Position numbers and translations under genes: made by a program. The notes beneath the pieces were generated by a model, which searched no databases, had not been told where the DNA came from, and was given only the letters and a program-made list of their open reading frames with translations. Shown here piece by piece: positions 56,702 through 64,000 of a DNA stretch of 64,000 bases. Numbering within the stretch: position 1 is the stretch's first letter; every line of letters begins with the position of its first letter. Source of the stretch: Clostridia bacterium (lineage in GTDB: Bacteria > Bacillota > Clostridia > Christensenellales > UBA1242); contig JAFTMH010000004.1 in NCBI GenBank assembly GCA_017452445.1, positions 136,385-200,384 of the forward strand, written 5' to 3'.

Positions 56702-57828
56702 TATTTTTTACCTTCCTGTTGTTGAATTTGTTTTTCAAGTGCAAGCAAAGCATTGACTCTTCTTTGCTTAACTTCTTGTGGCACTTGTCCGTCCATTTTG
56801 CTTGCCACTGTTCCCTCTCTTGGCGAATACATAAATGCAAAAATGCTGTCATATTTGACAGTGTCAACCAAACTCATTGTGTCTTCAAACTCTTCTTCTG
56901 TTTCAGTTGGAAAGCCCACAATAAAGTCAGATGTAATTCTGCAATTTGGGATTTTTTCTCTGATTTTGTTGATTATGCCAAGATATTTTTCTCTTGTGTA
57001 TTTTCTGTTCATAAGATGCAAGATTCGGTCATTTCCACTTTGTGCTGGCAAATGAATATCCTTCAAAATCTTGTCTTCTCTTGCAATCACTTCGATCACA
57101 TCATCAGTCAAATCTTTTGGGTGTGATGTCATAAACCAAACCTTAAAGTTGCCTTCAATTTGGCAAATCTCTTCAAGCAATTGTGCAAATGAAACTGCTG
57201 GCGACAAATCCTTGCCATAAGAGTTGACATTTTGTCCAAGCAAAGTGATTTTTTTGTATTTGCCTTCAGCAACAACATCTCTAATTTCTTGCAAAATGTT
57301 TTCTTTTTGACGACTCTTTTCTCTTCCTCTCACATAAGGCACAATGCAATAAGTGCAAAAGTTGTTGCAACCTTGCATAATGTTTACCCAAGCATTTTCG
57401 CCACTTGTGCGCTTGTAAGGGATTGACTCATCAATATCACCTGCTTCAAGGATTTCAAGTTGTCTTCTGCCAGCTTTGACAGCGTTTACATAATGCTCAA
57501 AGTTTGGCAAATTGAAAGTCCCAATCACAATGTCGACAAATGGAAAGGTTTTGAGCATATATTCTGCAGTTTGTTGTTTTTGAGTCATGCAACCACACAC
57601 AGCAACAATAAGATCTTTTCTTTGTTTTTTGAGTTTTTTAAGCGCTCCAACATTGCCAAAAACCCTGTCTTCTGCCCCTTCACGGATAGCACAGGTGTTG
57701 AAAATAATAAGATCGGCTTCTTCTCTCTTTTCAGCGAGATCATAACCCATCTTTTCGCAAATTGCAGCCAATTTTTCTGATTCGTGCACATTCATTTGGC
57801 ACCCATAAGTAACAATAAAATATTTCAT
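56701..57828 (-). CDS. miaB: MiaB-like tRNA methylthiotransferase lacking the C-terminal TRAM domain
   Basis: Trimmed to ATG 57828. 375 aa. UPF0004 N-domain YGCQMNVHESE, and radical-SAM CNNFCTYC. The protein ends about 15 aa after RRVNALLAL, where TRAM normally begins. The TAA stop overlaps the mutS ATG (TAATG). Confidence 0.85.
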   Translation of the reverse strand: MKYFIVTYGCQMNVHESEKLAAICEKMGYDLAEKREEADLIIFNTCAIREGAEDRVFGNVGALKKLKKQRKDLIVAVCGCMTQKQQTAEYMLKTFPFVDIVIGTFNLPNFEHYVNAVKAGRRQLEILEAGDIDESIPYKRTSGENAWVNIMQGCNNFCTYCIVPYVRGREKSRQKENILQEIRDVVAEGKYKKITLLGQNVNSYGKDLSPAVSFAQLLEEICQIEGNFKVWFMTSHPKDLTDDVIEVIAREDKILKDIHLPAQSGNDRILHLMNRKYTREKYLGIINKIREKIPNCRITSDFIVGFPTETEEEFEDTMSLVDTVKYDSIFAFMYSPREGTVASKMDGQVPQEVKQRRVNALLALEKQIQQQEGKK

Positions 57829-57871
57829 AGTGCAATTATACAAAATTGCGAGCAATTTAGCAAGTCAATAA

Positions 57872-60139
57872 GTGAATTTTTGTCAAAATACGACACATAA
57901 TAGCAGAGTGAAGAAATTTGTCAAAATCTGTCTTATATCTTTAAGTTTGTGCATCACTTTTGCACTTTGTTTTGGTGCAACTTATTTGACACTCAACTAT
58001 TTTTCATATTCGCACATACCTCTCAATGCCGATGCACTTGCTTCAAACAACTTGCAAATTGAAATTTTTGACTTCGAAAACAAAAAAATCAAGCAACCCA
58101 CTCAACTAAACGCACCCCATTGCGACCTATCGCAACTGCAAGCGCACACGATCGGTGCTTTTATTTCAATCGAAGACAAAACCTTCTACAATCACCACGG
58201 CATAAACACAAAACGCATTGTCAGAGCCGCAATCAACAACCTAAAAAGCAAAAGTTTCAAAGAGGGTGCTTCAACCATAAGTCAACAACTGATCAAAAAC
58301 ACGCACCTTTCAAACGAAAAAACAATCAAACGAAAACTTAAAGAAATTGCTCTCACAAAAAAACTTGAAAAACAATATTCAAAAGATGAAATTTTGCAGT
58401 GCTATCTCAATGTGATATATTTTGGCAACAACTGTTATGGTCTTGAAGAAGCAGCAAATTATTATTTCAACAAACCGGCAAAAGAGTTGGATTTAAACGA
58501 AAGTTGCACTCTTGCCGGCATAATCAAAGCCCCAAGCAAATTTTGCCCTGTGCAAAATTATGACAACTGTCTAAAACGCCGCAATTTAATTTTGAGCGAA
58601 ATGGAAAAAGATGGCAAAATTTCTGTCGAACAAAAAATCTCAACACAAAACAAACCAATTTCTCTTTGCCTAACCCCACGAGAAAACGCAACAAACACAT
58701 ATGCTCAAGCAAGCATTGACGAAGCAGCGCAAATTTTAAATATTCCCACAAAGCAACTTGCAACAAATGGCTACAAAATCCACACTTACTGCAAAATGGA
58801 CAAGCAAAATCAACTTTCGCAAATCCTTGAAAGTCAAGCAGTTGATGGCGTTGACAACAGCGCCCTTGTCATCGACAACGCTTCTCACGGCATTGTTGCA
58901 TATGATGGCAACAGCATCTTCAAGCTTGCAAACATAAAACGACAACCTGCTTCATGCATCAAACCCGTGCTTGTCTATGGCCCTGCACTAAACGAAAACA
59001 TTATTTCGCCAAGCACTCAAATCTTGGACGAACCTCTCACCATCGGCAACTACAGCCCAAGCAATGTAAACAAAAAATTTGCCGGCTATATTTCGGTGAC
59101 AGATGCAGTCAAAAATTCAGTCAATATCCCTGCAATAAAAGTTTTGAGTTATGTTGGACTTGAAAGTGGCAAGCAATATGCTCAAAAAATGGGGCTTTCT
59201 TTTGCCGAAACTGATGACAGTTACGCCATTGCACTTGGTGGAATGACTTATGGCACAACATTAAAAACTTTGACTTCTGCCTACACAACTTTTGCAAATG
59301 GTGGCATCTTTGCCCCTGCGACATTCGTGCAATACATAACCGACAAAAACGACCAACTTGTTTACATACACAAACCAGCCGAGCAAATGGTGTTAAGGCA
59401 AGATTCGGCTTATCTTATGACACACATTTTGCAAGAAGCCGCCAAAACGGGCACAGCCAAAAAACTTGCAGACCTGACCAATGTCGAAGTGGCATCTAAA
59501 ACAGGCACAACCGGCGACAAAAAAGGCAACACAGATGCATACAACATCTCTTACACCCCAGAAGAGACAATTGGCGTTTGGTTTGGAAATCTCGACAACA
59601 CCCCAAGCAAAATTGCTGGAGGCAATCAACCAACAACCGTGGCAAAAGAATATCTAAAATCGCAAACCTACCAAAAAACTGAATTTGAAGTCCCTTCTTG
59701 TATCACCACGGCCAAGATTGACAGTCTGGAAAAAGAAACAAACCACACACTCAAACTTGCAAACAAACACACTCCTGAAAGATACACAGAAACTGCCGTT
59801 TTTTCAAGGTTTAATATGCCAAGCGAATTCTCACCCAACTTTTCACAAATCCCCCAAATAAACGCCAATTGCGAGGTTAAAAACGGACAAATCGTATTAA
59901 ACCTTGTCCCACAAAAACATATTTGCTATCAAATCTACAAAAACGATATTCCTTACCAATCAATTCAGGACAAAAAAGAAAAACTCACCCTTCGCATAAA
60001 CTTTCCAGAAAAACAATGTCAAATCAAAATTGTTGCAAATTATGCAAATAATACTGCAAAAGATTTGACTGGCGAAAAAGTTTTCAATTTGTCACAGACA
60101 AAGCAAAATGCAAAGCCAAAAGACAAGTGGTATATCTAA
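57872..60139 (+). CDS. class A penicillin-binding protein (glycosyltransferase GT51 + transpeptidase)
   Basis: 755-aa ORF. The start is ambiguous (GTG at 57872 or GTG at 57908) with a weak RBS. TM anchor. GT51 motifs SIEDKTFYNHHGI and GASTISQQL. Transpeptidase motifs SCIKP (SxxK) and SKTGT (KTG). Confidence 0.9.
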   Translation: MNFCQNTTHNSRVKKFVKICLISLSLCITFALCFGATYLTLNYFSYSHIPLNADALASNNLQIEIFDFENKKIKQPTQLNAPHCDLSQLQAHTIGAFISIEDKTFYNHHGINTKRIVRAAINNLKSKSFKEGASTISQQLIKNTHLSNEKTIKRKLKEIALTKKLEKQYSKDEILQCYLNVIYFGNNCYGLEEAANYYFNKPAKELDLNESCTLAGIIKAPSKFCPVQNYDNCLKRRNLILSEMEKDGKISVEQKISTQNKPISLCLTPRENATNTYAQASIDEAAQILNIPTKQLATNGYKIHTYCKMDKQNQLSQILESQAVDGVDNSALVIDNASHGIVAYDGNSIFKLANIKRQPASCIKPVLVYGPALNENIISPSTQILDEPLTIGNYSPSNVNKKFAGYISVTDAVKNSVNIPAIKVLSYVGLESGKQYAQKMGLSFAETDDSYAIALGGMTYGTTLKTLTSAYTTFANGGIFAPATFVQYITDKNDQLVYIHKPAEQMVLRQDSAYLMTHILQEAAKTGTAKKLADLTNVEVASKTGTTGDKKGNTDAYNISYTPEETIGVWFGNLDNTPSKIAGGNQPTTVAKEYLKSQTYQKTEFEVPSCITTAKIDSLEKETNHTLKLANKHTPERYTETAVFSRFNMPSEFSPNFSQIPQINANCEVKNGQIVLNLVPQKHICYQIYKNDIPYQSIQDKKEKLTLRINFPEKQCQIKIVANYANNTAKDLTGEKVFNLSQTKQNAKPKDKWYI

Positions 60140-60145
60140 AGCCTA

Positions 60146-60173
60146 TTGACATTTTTTGCCGTTGTGATATAAT
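60146..60173 (+). promoter_or_regulatory. near-consensus sigma-A promoter of the 60198 gene
   Basis: TTGACA (60146-60151), 16-nt spacer, TATAAT (60168-60173); followed by an AAGGAGG RBS. Confidence 0.65.
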
Positions 60174-60197
60174 TAGCCTGATTGACAAGGAGGATTT

Positions 60198-60863
60198 ATG
60201 ACACCAATCACAACACTTGCATTTTTGAAAATAGATTTGCCAATGAGATTTGAATCTGTTTCTTACAAAAAAGCAAAAATTATGACATTGCAAAGAGAAG
60301 TTGCATTGCTCAGCAGACACGAACTTTCTCAAAAAATCGCAACAGGTGCGGCAGTTTGCCTCAACCCAGAAAGCAAAGGACATAGAGTTTATGCCTATGT
60401 AGACAAAGAAAACCTTTGCCCACTTGCAAAAGTTCAATTTTATGATGAAAAAGGAGATGTAATGTTTACTTATCCTTGGAATGGCAAATGCGAACAAGTT
60501 GGCGAAAATTATAAATTTATCACAGACAGCCACGGCCCACTTTGTGGTTATGATGAAGCATCACTTATTAACAGTCTTCAAGTTACAGCCACAGACAAAG
60601 GCAGAGTGATCATCAAAGCAAAACAATATGGTGGTTGTGCACCAATCGCTCCAAGAGATTTTTACACATTTGCAATCTACAATCGTGAAGGCAAAGAAGA
60701 AAGAATTTTGGGTGCAGTCAACTGGAATGGTTACACAGGCACAAAACCTGGTGACAAAGGTCAAAGCGACAGCGATGACTATTGCAACAGTTGGATGGAA
60801 GCAATCGCAACAGATGGCGACAAATTGATTGACCATGCACTCGAACATACTTATGTAATCTAA
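60198..60863 (+). CDS. hypothetical protein
   Basis: 221-aa ORF with an AAGGAGG RBS, its own promoter and its own terminator. No family recognised. Confidence 0.75.
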   Translation: MTPITTLAFLKIDLPMRFESVSYKKAKIMTLQREVALLSRHELSQKIATGAAVCLNPESKGHRVYAYVDKENLCPLAKVQFYDEKGDVMFTYPWNGKCEQVGENYKFITDSHGPLCGYDEASLINSLQVTATDKGRVIIKAKQYGGCAPIAPRDFYTFAIYNREGKEERILGAVNWNGYTGTKPGDKGQSDSDDYCNSWMEAIATDGDKLIDHALEHTYVI

Positions 60864-60874
60864 AAAGCAAAAAG

Positions 60875-60904
60875 AAGGCTAAACATCTCGTTTAGTCTTT
60901 TTTA
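60875..60904. terminator. bidirectional terminator between the 60198 gene and the zinc-ribbon nuclease gene
   Basis: 10-bp stem AAGGCTAAAC / GTTTAGTCTT (one G-T pair), loop ATCTC, then a T-run. It overlaps the stop codon of the minus-strand gene. Confidence 0.7.
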
Positions 60905-62547
60905 TTGTCAACATATTCCCAGTGAAATCCCCCTGCACTTTTAGATGCCCCTCGACAACAATTTGCAATTGCCGAAGGATTGATTCCTGTCTTTTCTCCT
61001 GCTTCTTTGATGCTCATAAACAAAGTTTTTGTCTCAACGCATACAACCTGCTTAAAATGTGAAGATATCGTTTTTTGCCTAGCGCAATTAGGACACCCTC
61101 TCCCTTCCACCCTATGTGCAGCTGATGCTTGCCACGAATAATCACACTTAGAGCATTTCCACCAATACTTTTTGTTTGAGTGCGGCATGATTTGCGATGG
61201 AATTATTGATTTATTTTTATTATAATCCCATTCCTTTGCAATATTAGCATAATTAGTTTCAAGATCATTCCAACCTGAAACAACCTTTTGACCTGCACAA
61301 TATGGGCACCCACATTTCTGACTGCTTGCTCTGGAATAGACAACTGCCTGCCATTCGTGGCCGTTATTGCAAATCCACCATACTTTTCTTTTGCTGCCTA
61401 TACTTATAGTTCTAGGGTTCAACTCTCCATTCTTTTCATAATTCCACTCACTAATTAATTGAGAATTATAAATAGATTTTTCTTTTTGCATTCTTGAAAT
61501 GTGGGATAAAATCTCATAATAATCTCTTTCTATATCTATTGACACTTGCAATTTTTTGTTAAAGTTGACACATATATAATCCAAGATTAAATTTAACACC
61601 TCTTCTATGCCTTTTTCATCTTCATTTTCTCTTATTATTTTTTTTGAAGAACTTTCATAATATGGACAATCTTTTTCTCTAACTCTAACAAGAGTTATTC
61701 CGTGTTTTTTACAAATATCATCCTTCTTTAAGTCCCTCTCACAATTTTTGTGCCACGCTTTTCCATCATATTCAACACCCATGTTTAATGAAGGAATATA
61801 AATATCAAGCTCGCTATTCCCCAGCCATGAAAATTTTTTATTTTCTTCTATTGCAAATTCTTTTCCTAAATAATAAGCTATGCATTTTTCTGGAAAAGAA
61901 ATAAATAACTCCTTTTTACATATCGGACATCCCGTTTTTTGTTTTCCCGCCCTAGATCCAACAATTGCCATCCAACTATGTCCCTGTTTACATTTCCACC
62001 AAACTTTTGTAGCATTTCCATAAGTAATTTTTGTCGGATCAATGTCTTTATTTTTTTGATAATCCCACTCCTCTGCAAGCTGCGGATTTGTTGTTATCAA
62101 ATCATTAACCCCTTGAATAACTTGTTGGTTGGCACATATTGGACATTTAATATTACTGTTGACCATATGATCTATTCTAGTTTTGAAGAAATGTTCTTTA
62201 TTTAAATCGCAAAGCCAAAACGCGATTTTATTACTTTTAGGAAAAACCTGTGTCGGTTTAAGCGTGTTTAATGTAGGATGCCATCTTTTTGCCAATTCTG
62301 GGTATAATGACATTAAGTCATTAACACCTTCAACTACAACCTTATGTGCACACGCCGGACAATTTGTGCCTCTTGAACGATTATTACTAGAAGTCATCCA
62401 TTCATAATTGCATTTCTTACATCTCCACCAAACTTTTTTGTTGCTCCCACATGTCAATTGATCTGGAAAAATATTGAGAGCATTGTTTTTCTCCCAATTC
62501 CATTCTTTCATCAATTTTTCATTTTTTGCAACACTATTCTCTTTCAT
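60892..62547 (-). CDS. multi-zinc-ribbon (treble-clef, DUF4379-like x5) protein with central PD-(D/E)XK/DUF559-like nuclease domain and C-terminal homing-endonuclease-type DNA-binding tail
   Basis: Start assigned to ATG 62547, with 62595 as an alternative. Five ~70-aa repeats of L.EW....N......K.WW.C..GH.W......R.....CP.C.G..V..G.NDL. Nuclease-like core ELDIYIPSLNMGVEYDGKAWH...GITLVRVRE. Tail IKEAGEKTGINPSAIANCCRG..KSAGGFHWEYV. The region is markedly more AT-rich than its flanks. Confidence 0.75.
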   Translation of the reverse strand: MKENSVAKNEKLMKEWNWEKNNALNIFPDQLTCGSNKKVWWRCKKCNYEWMTSSNNRSRGTNCPACAHKVVVEGVNDLMSLYPELAKRWHPTLNTLKPTQVFPKSNKIAFWLCDLNKEHFFKTRIDHMVNSNIKCPICANQQVIQGVNDLITTNPQLAEEWDYQKNKDIDPTKITYGNATKVWWKCKQGHSWMAIVGSRAGKQKTGCPICKKELFISFPEKCIAYYLGKEFAIEENKKFSWLGNSELDIYIPSLNMGVEYDGKAWHKNCERDLKKDDICKKHGITLVRVREKDCPYYESSSKKIIRENEDEKGIEEVLNLILDYICVNFNKKLQVSIDIERDYYEILSHISRMQKEKSIYNSQLISEWNYEKNGELNPRTISIGSKRKVWWICNNGHEWQAVVYSRASSQKCGCPYCAGQKVVSGWNDLETNYANIAKEWDYNKNKSIIPSQIMPHSNKKYWWKCSKCDYSWQASAAHRVEGRGCPNCARQKTISSHFKQVVCVETKTLFMSIKEAGEKTGINPSAIANCCRGASKSAGGFHWEYVDNKKD

Positions 62548-62599
62548 CTTTTTTATTATAGCATACCTTATATAAAAAACATAAAATTTTTTCATTTTG

Positions 62600-62628
62600 T
62601 TGCCAAATTGTCTCTTATGTGGTAGAAT
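62600..62628 (+). promoter_or_regulatory. extended -10 promoter of the small membrane protein gene
   Basis: TTGCCA (62600-62605), 17-nt spacer, TGgTAGAAT (-10 at 62623-62628); followed by a GGAGG RBS and ATG 62650. Confidence 0.6.
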
Positions 62629-62649
62629 GACATTATGGAGGTAATTTTT

Positions 62650-62940
62650 ATGAAAAACAACATTTTTGTTGCACAATCAAAAAATGCTACAGGCAAAACA
62701 CTTTTCTATATGTTTGAATTTGCTGCACTTGTAGTTGCTGTGTTTGAATTTATTTTTGGAATTTATACAGCTGCTGTTGGTGGTGGATTTATGTCATTCT
62801 TGTCATACCTTGTGCAAGCAATTATCTATAGCTTTATTTTGTTTGGAATCGGCACAATGCTTGATTTGCACTGCGCAAAAGCAGACAGATGTGCAAAAAA
62901 AGCTGAAGAAACAGACGCACCAAAAACTGATGCTGAATAA
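62650..62940 (+). CDS. small two-TM membrane protein
   Basis: Trimmed to ATG 62650, preceded by a GGAGG RBS. 96 aa. Two hydrophobic helices and a charged C-terminal tail. Confidence 0.65.
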   Translation: MKNNIFVAQSKNATGKTLFYMFEFAALVVAVFEFIFGIYTAAVGGGFMSFLSYLVQAIIYSFILFGIGTMLDLHCAKADRCAKKAEETDAPKTDAE

Positions 62941-62955
62941 TCTTCAAATCACAAC

Positions 62956-62986
62956 AAAAAAACACACCAAATTGGGTGTGTTTTTT
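62956..62986. terminator. bidirectional terminator between the small membrane gene and recA
   Basis: A-run, stem ACACACC (62962-62968) / GGTGTGT (62975-62981), T6. Confidence 0.8.
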
Positions 62987-62996
62987 ATTTTGCAAA

Positions 62997-64000
62997 CTAA
63001 TCTTCCAAATCTGTTTCAAGAAGATTGTCATTTGAAGACATAATTTCTCTAACTTTTGACTCAAGTTCGGCAATAACATCAGGATTTTTTTCAAGATAAA
63101 TCTTTGTGTTTTCTTTTCCTTGTCCAATCTTTTCGTCGTTGTATGAGAACCATGCCCCTGACTTTTTAACAAGTCCAAGTTGCAAAGCCATGTCAAGAAT
63201 GCACCCTGTTTGAGATACACCTTGACCATACATAATGTCAAATTCTGCAACCTTGAATGGTGGAGCAAGTTTGTTTTTTACAACCTTAACTTTAGTTCTG
63301 TTTCCGACAATGTTTGCCCCATCTTTGATTGTGTCTGTTTTTCTTACATCAAGACGCACGCTTGCGTAAAATTTGAGTGCCTTTCCACCAGTTGTTGTTT
63401 CTGGATTTCCAAACATAACCCCAATCTTTTCACGAAGTTGGTTGATGAAGATAACTGCTGTGCCACTCTTGCTTGAAACTGATGTCATTTTTCTAAGCGC
63501 TTGGCTCATCATTCTTGCTTGCAAACCAACATGGTTGTCACCCATTTCTCCGTCGATTTCTGCCTTTGGAGTAAGTGCAGCAACAGAGTCAACAACAACA
63601 ATGTCAAATGCTCCCGAACGAATCAATGTTTCGCAGATGTTGAGAGCTTGTTCGCCGTTGTCTGGTTGAGAAACATACAATGATTTGATGTCAACACCAA
63701 GTTTCTCAGCATAAATTGGGTCAAGTGCGTGTTCTGCATCGATAAATGCTGCACGACCACCAGCTTTTTGTGCTTCGGCAACCATATGAAGCGAAACTGT
63801 TGTTTTACCAGAAGATTCTGGTCCATAAATTTCAATAATTCTTCCACGAGGAATGCCACCAATCCCAAGAGCCATGTCAAGTGTCAAGCATCCTGTTGGG
63901 ATAACATCAACTTTTTGATAAGCTGTGTCGCCCAATTTCATAATAGCACCCTTGCCGAAATCCTTTTCAATCTTAAGAAGCGCCTGTTCGAGAGCTTCTT
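62997..64000 (-). CDS. recA: recombinase RecA (5' end beyond window)
   Basis: Walker [10 protein letters not shown], with [10 protein letters not shown] and L2-loop GNPETTTGG. The reading frame stays open upstream of the track's Met (…[23 protein letters not shown]) to the window edge. Confidence 0.96.
   Translation of the reverse strand, partial: EALEQALLKIEKDFGKGAIMKLGDTAYQKVDVIPTGCLTLDMALGIGGIPRGRIIEIYGPESSGKTTVSLHMVAEAQKAGGRAAFIDAEHALDPIYAEKLGVDIKSLYVSQPDNGEQALNICETLIRSGAFDIVVVDSVAALTPKAEIDGEMGDNHVGLQARMMSQALRKMTSVSSKSGTAVIFINQLREKIGVMFGNPETTTGGKALKFYASVRLDVRKTDTIKDGANIVGNRTKVKVVKNKLAPPFKVAEFDIMYGQGVSQTGCILDMALQLGLVKKSGAWFSYNDEKIGQGKENTKIYLEKNPDVIAELESKVREIMSSNDNLLETDLED

Noticed and set aside
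1-64000. CRISPR arrays, rRNA operons, IS elements and large direct or inverted repeats
   Set aside because: I found no regularly spaced 25-40-bp repeats, no 16S/23S-like conserved blocks and no transposase or integrase ORFs in either strand's ORF set. The only strong inverted repeats are terminator hairpins.

Overview
This is a 64-kb chromosomal window from a low-GC Bacillota (Clostridia-like) bacterium of an endospore-forming lineage. All domain and family calls come from motif recognition by eye; no database or covariance-model searches were run.

I count about 54 protein genes, roughly 85% on the minus strand, plus tRNA-Leu, tRNA-Ser and RNase P RNA. Genes are tightly packed, and many convergent or tandem junctions carry A-run/stem/T-run bidirectional terminators.

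Most of the content is core housekeeping in familiar Firmicute arrangements:
- valS and rarA
- plsX-rnc-smc-ftsY
- rpmF and pta-ackA
- fhs and mnmA
- scpA-scpB
- miaB-mutS-mutL-miaA
- a class A PBP
- recA, whose 5' end runs off the window

Sporulation-lineage markers are pro-sigma-K, a SpoIVFB-like M50 protease, a YlbJ-like protein and a DacB/F-type carboxypeptidase.

Envelope and accessory genes are a LemA-DUF2207 pair, a 1129-aa S8 protease, a 794-aa GLUG-type surface protein, an orphan solute-binding lipoprotein and a membrane class III cyclase.

I saw no CRISPR array, rRNA, transposase, integrase or complete prophage. I do not see a clear multi-gene novel system. The best leads are single genes or small modules:
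- a 451-aa protein with two degenerate diadenylate-cyclase-like modules directly downstream of sigK
- a HIT-RNase HI fusion protein
- an intact orphan phage terminase large subunit with a nearby sigma-region-4-like regulator
- an AT-rich islet beside recA encoding a five-fold zinc-ribbon / PD-(D/E)XK-like nuclease protein
- a tRNA-Leu with an A34 (AAG) anticodon
- a TRAM-less MiaB
- a cyclase lacking transition-state residues
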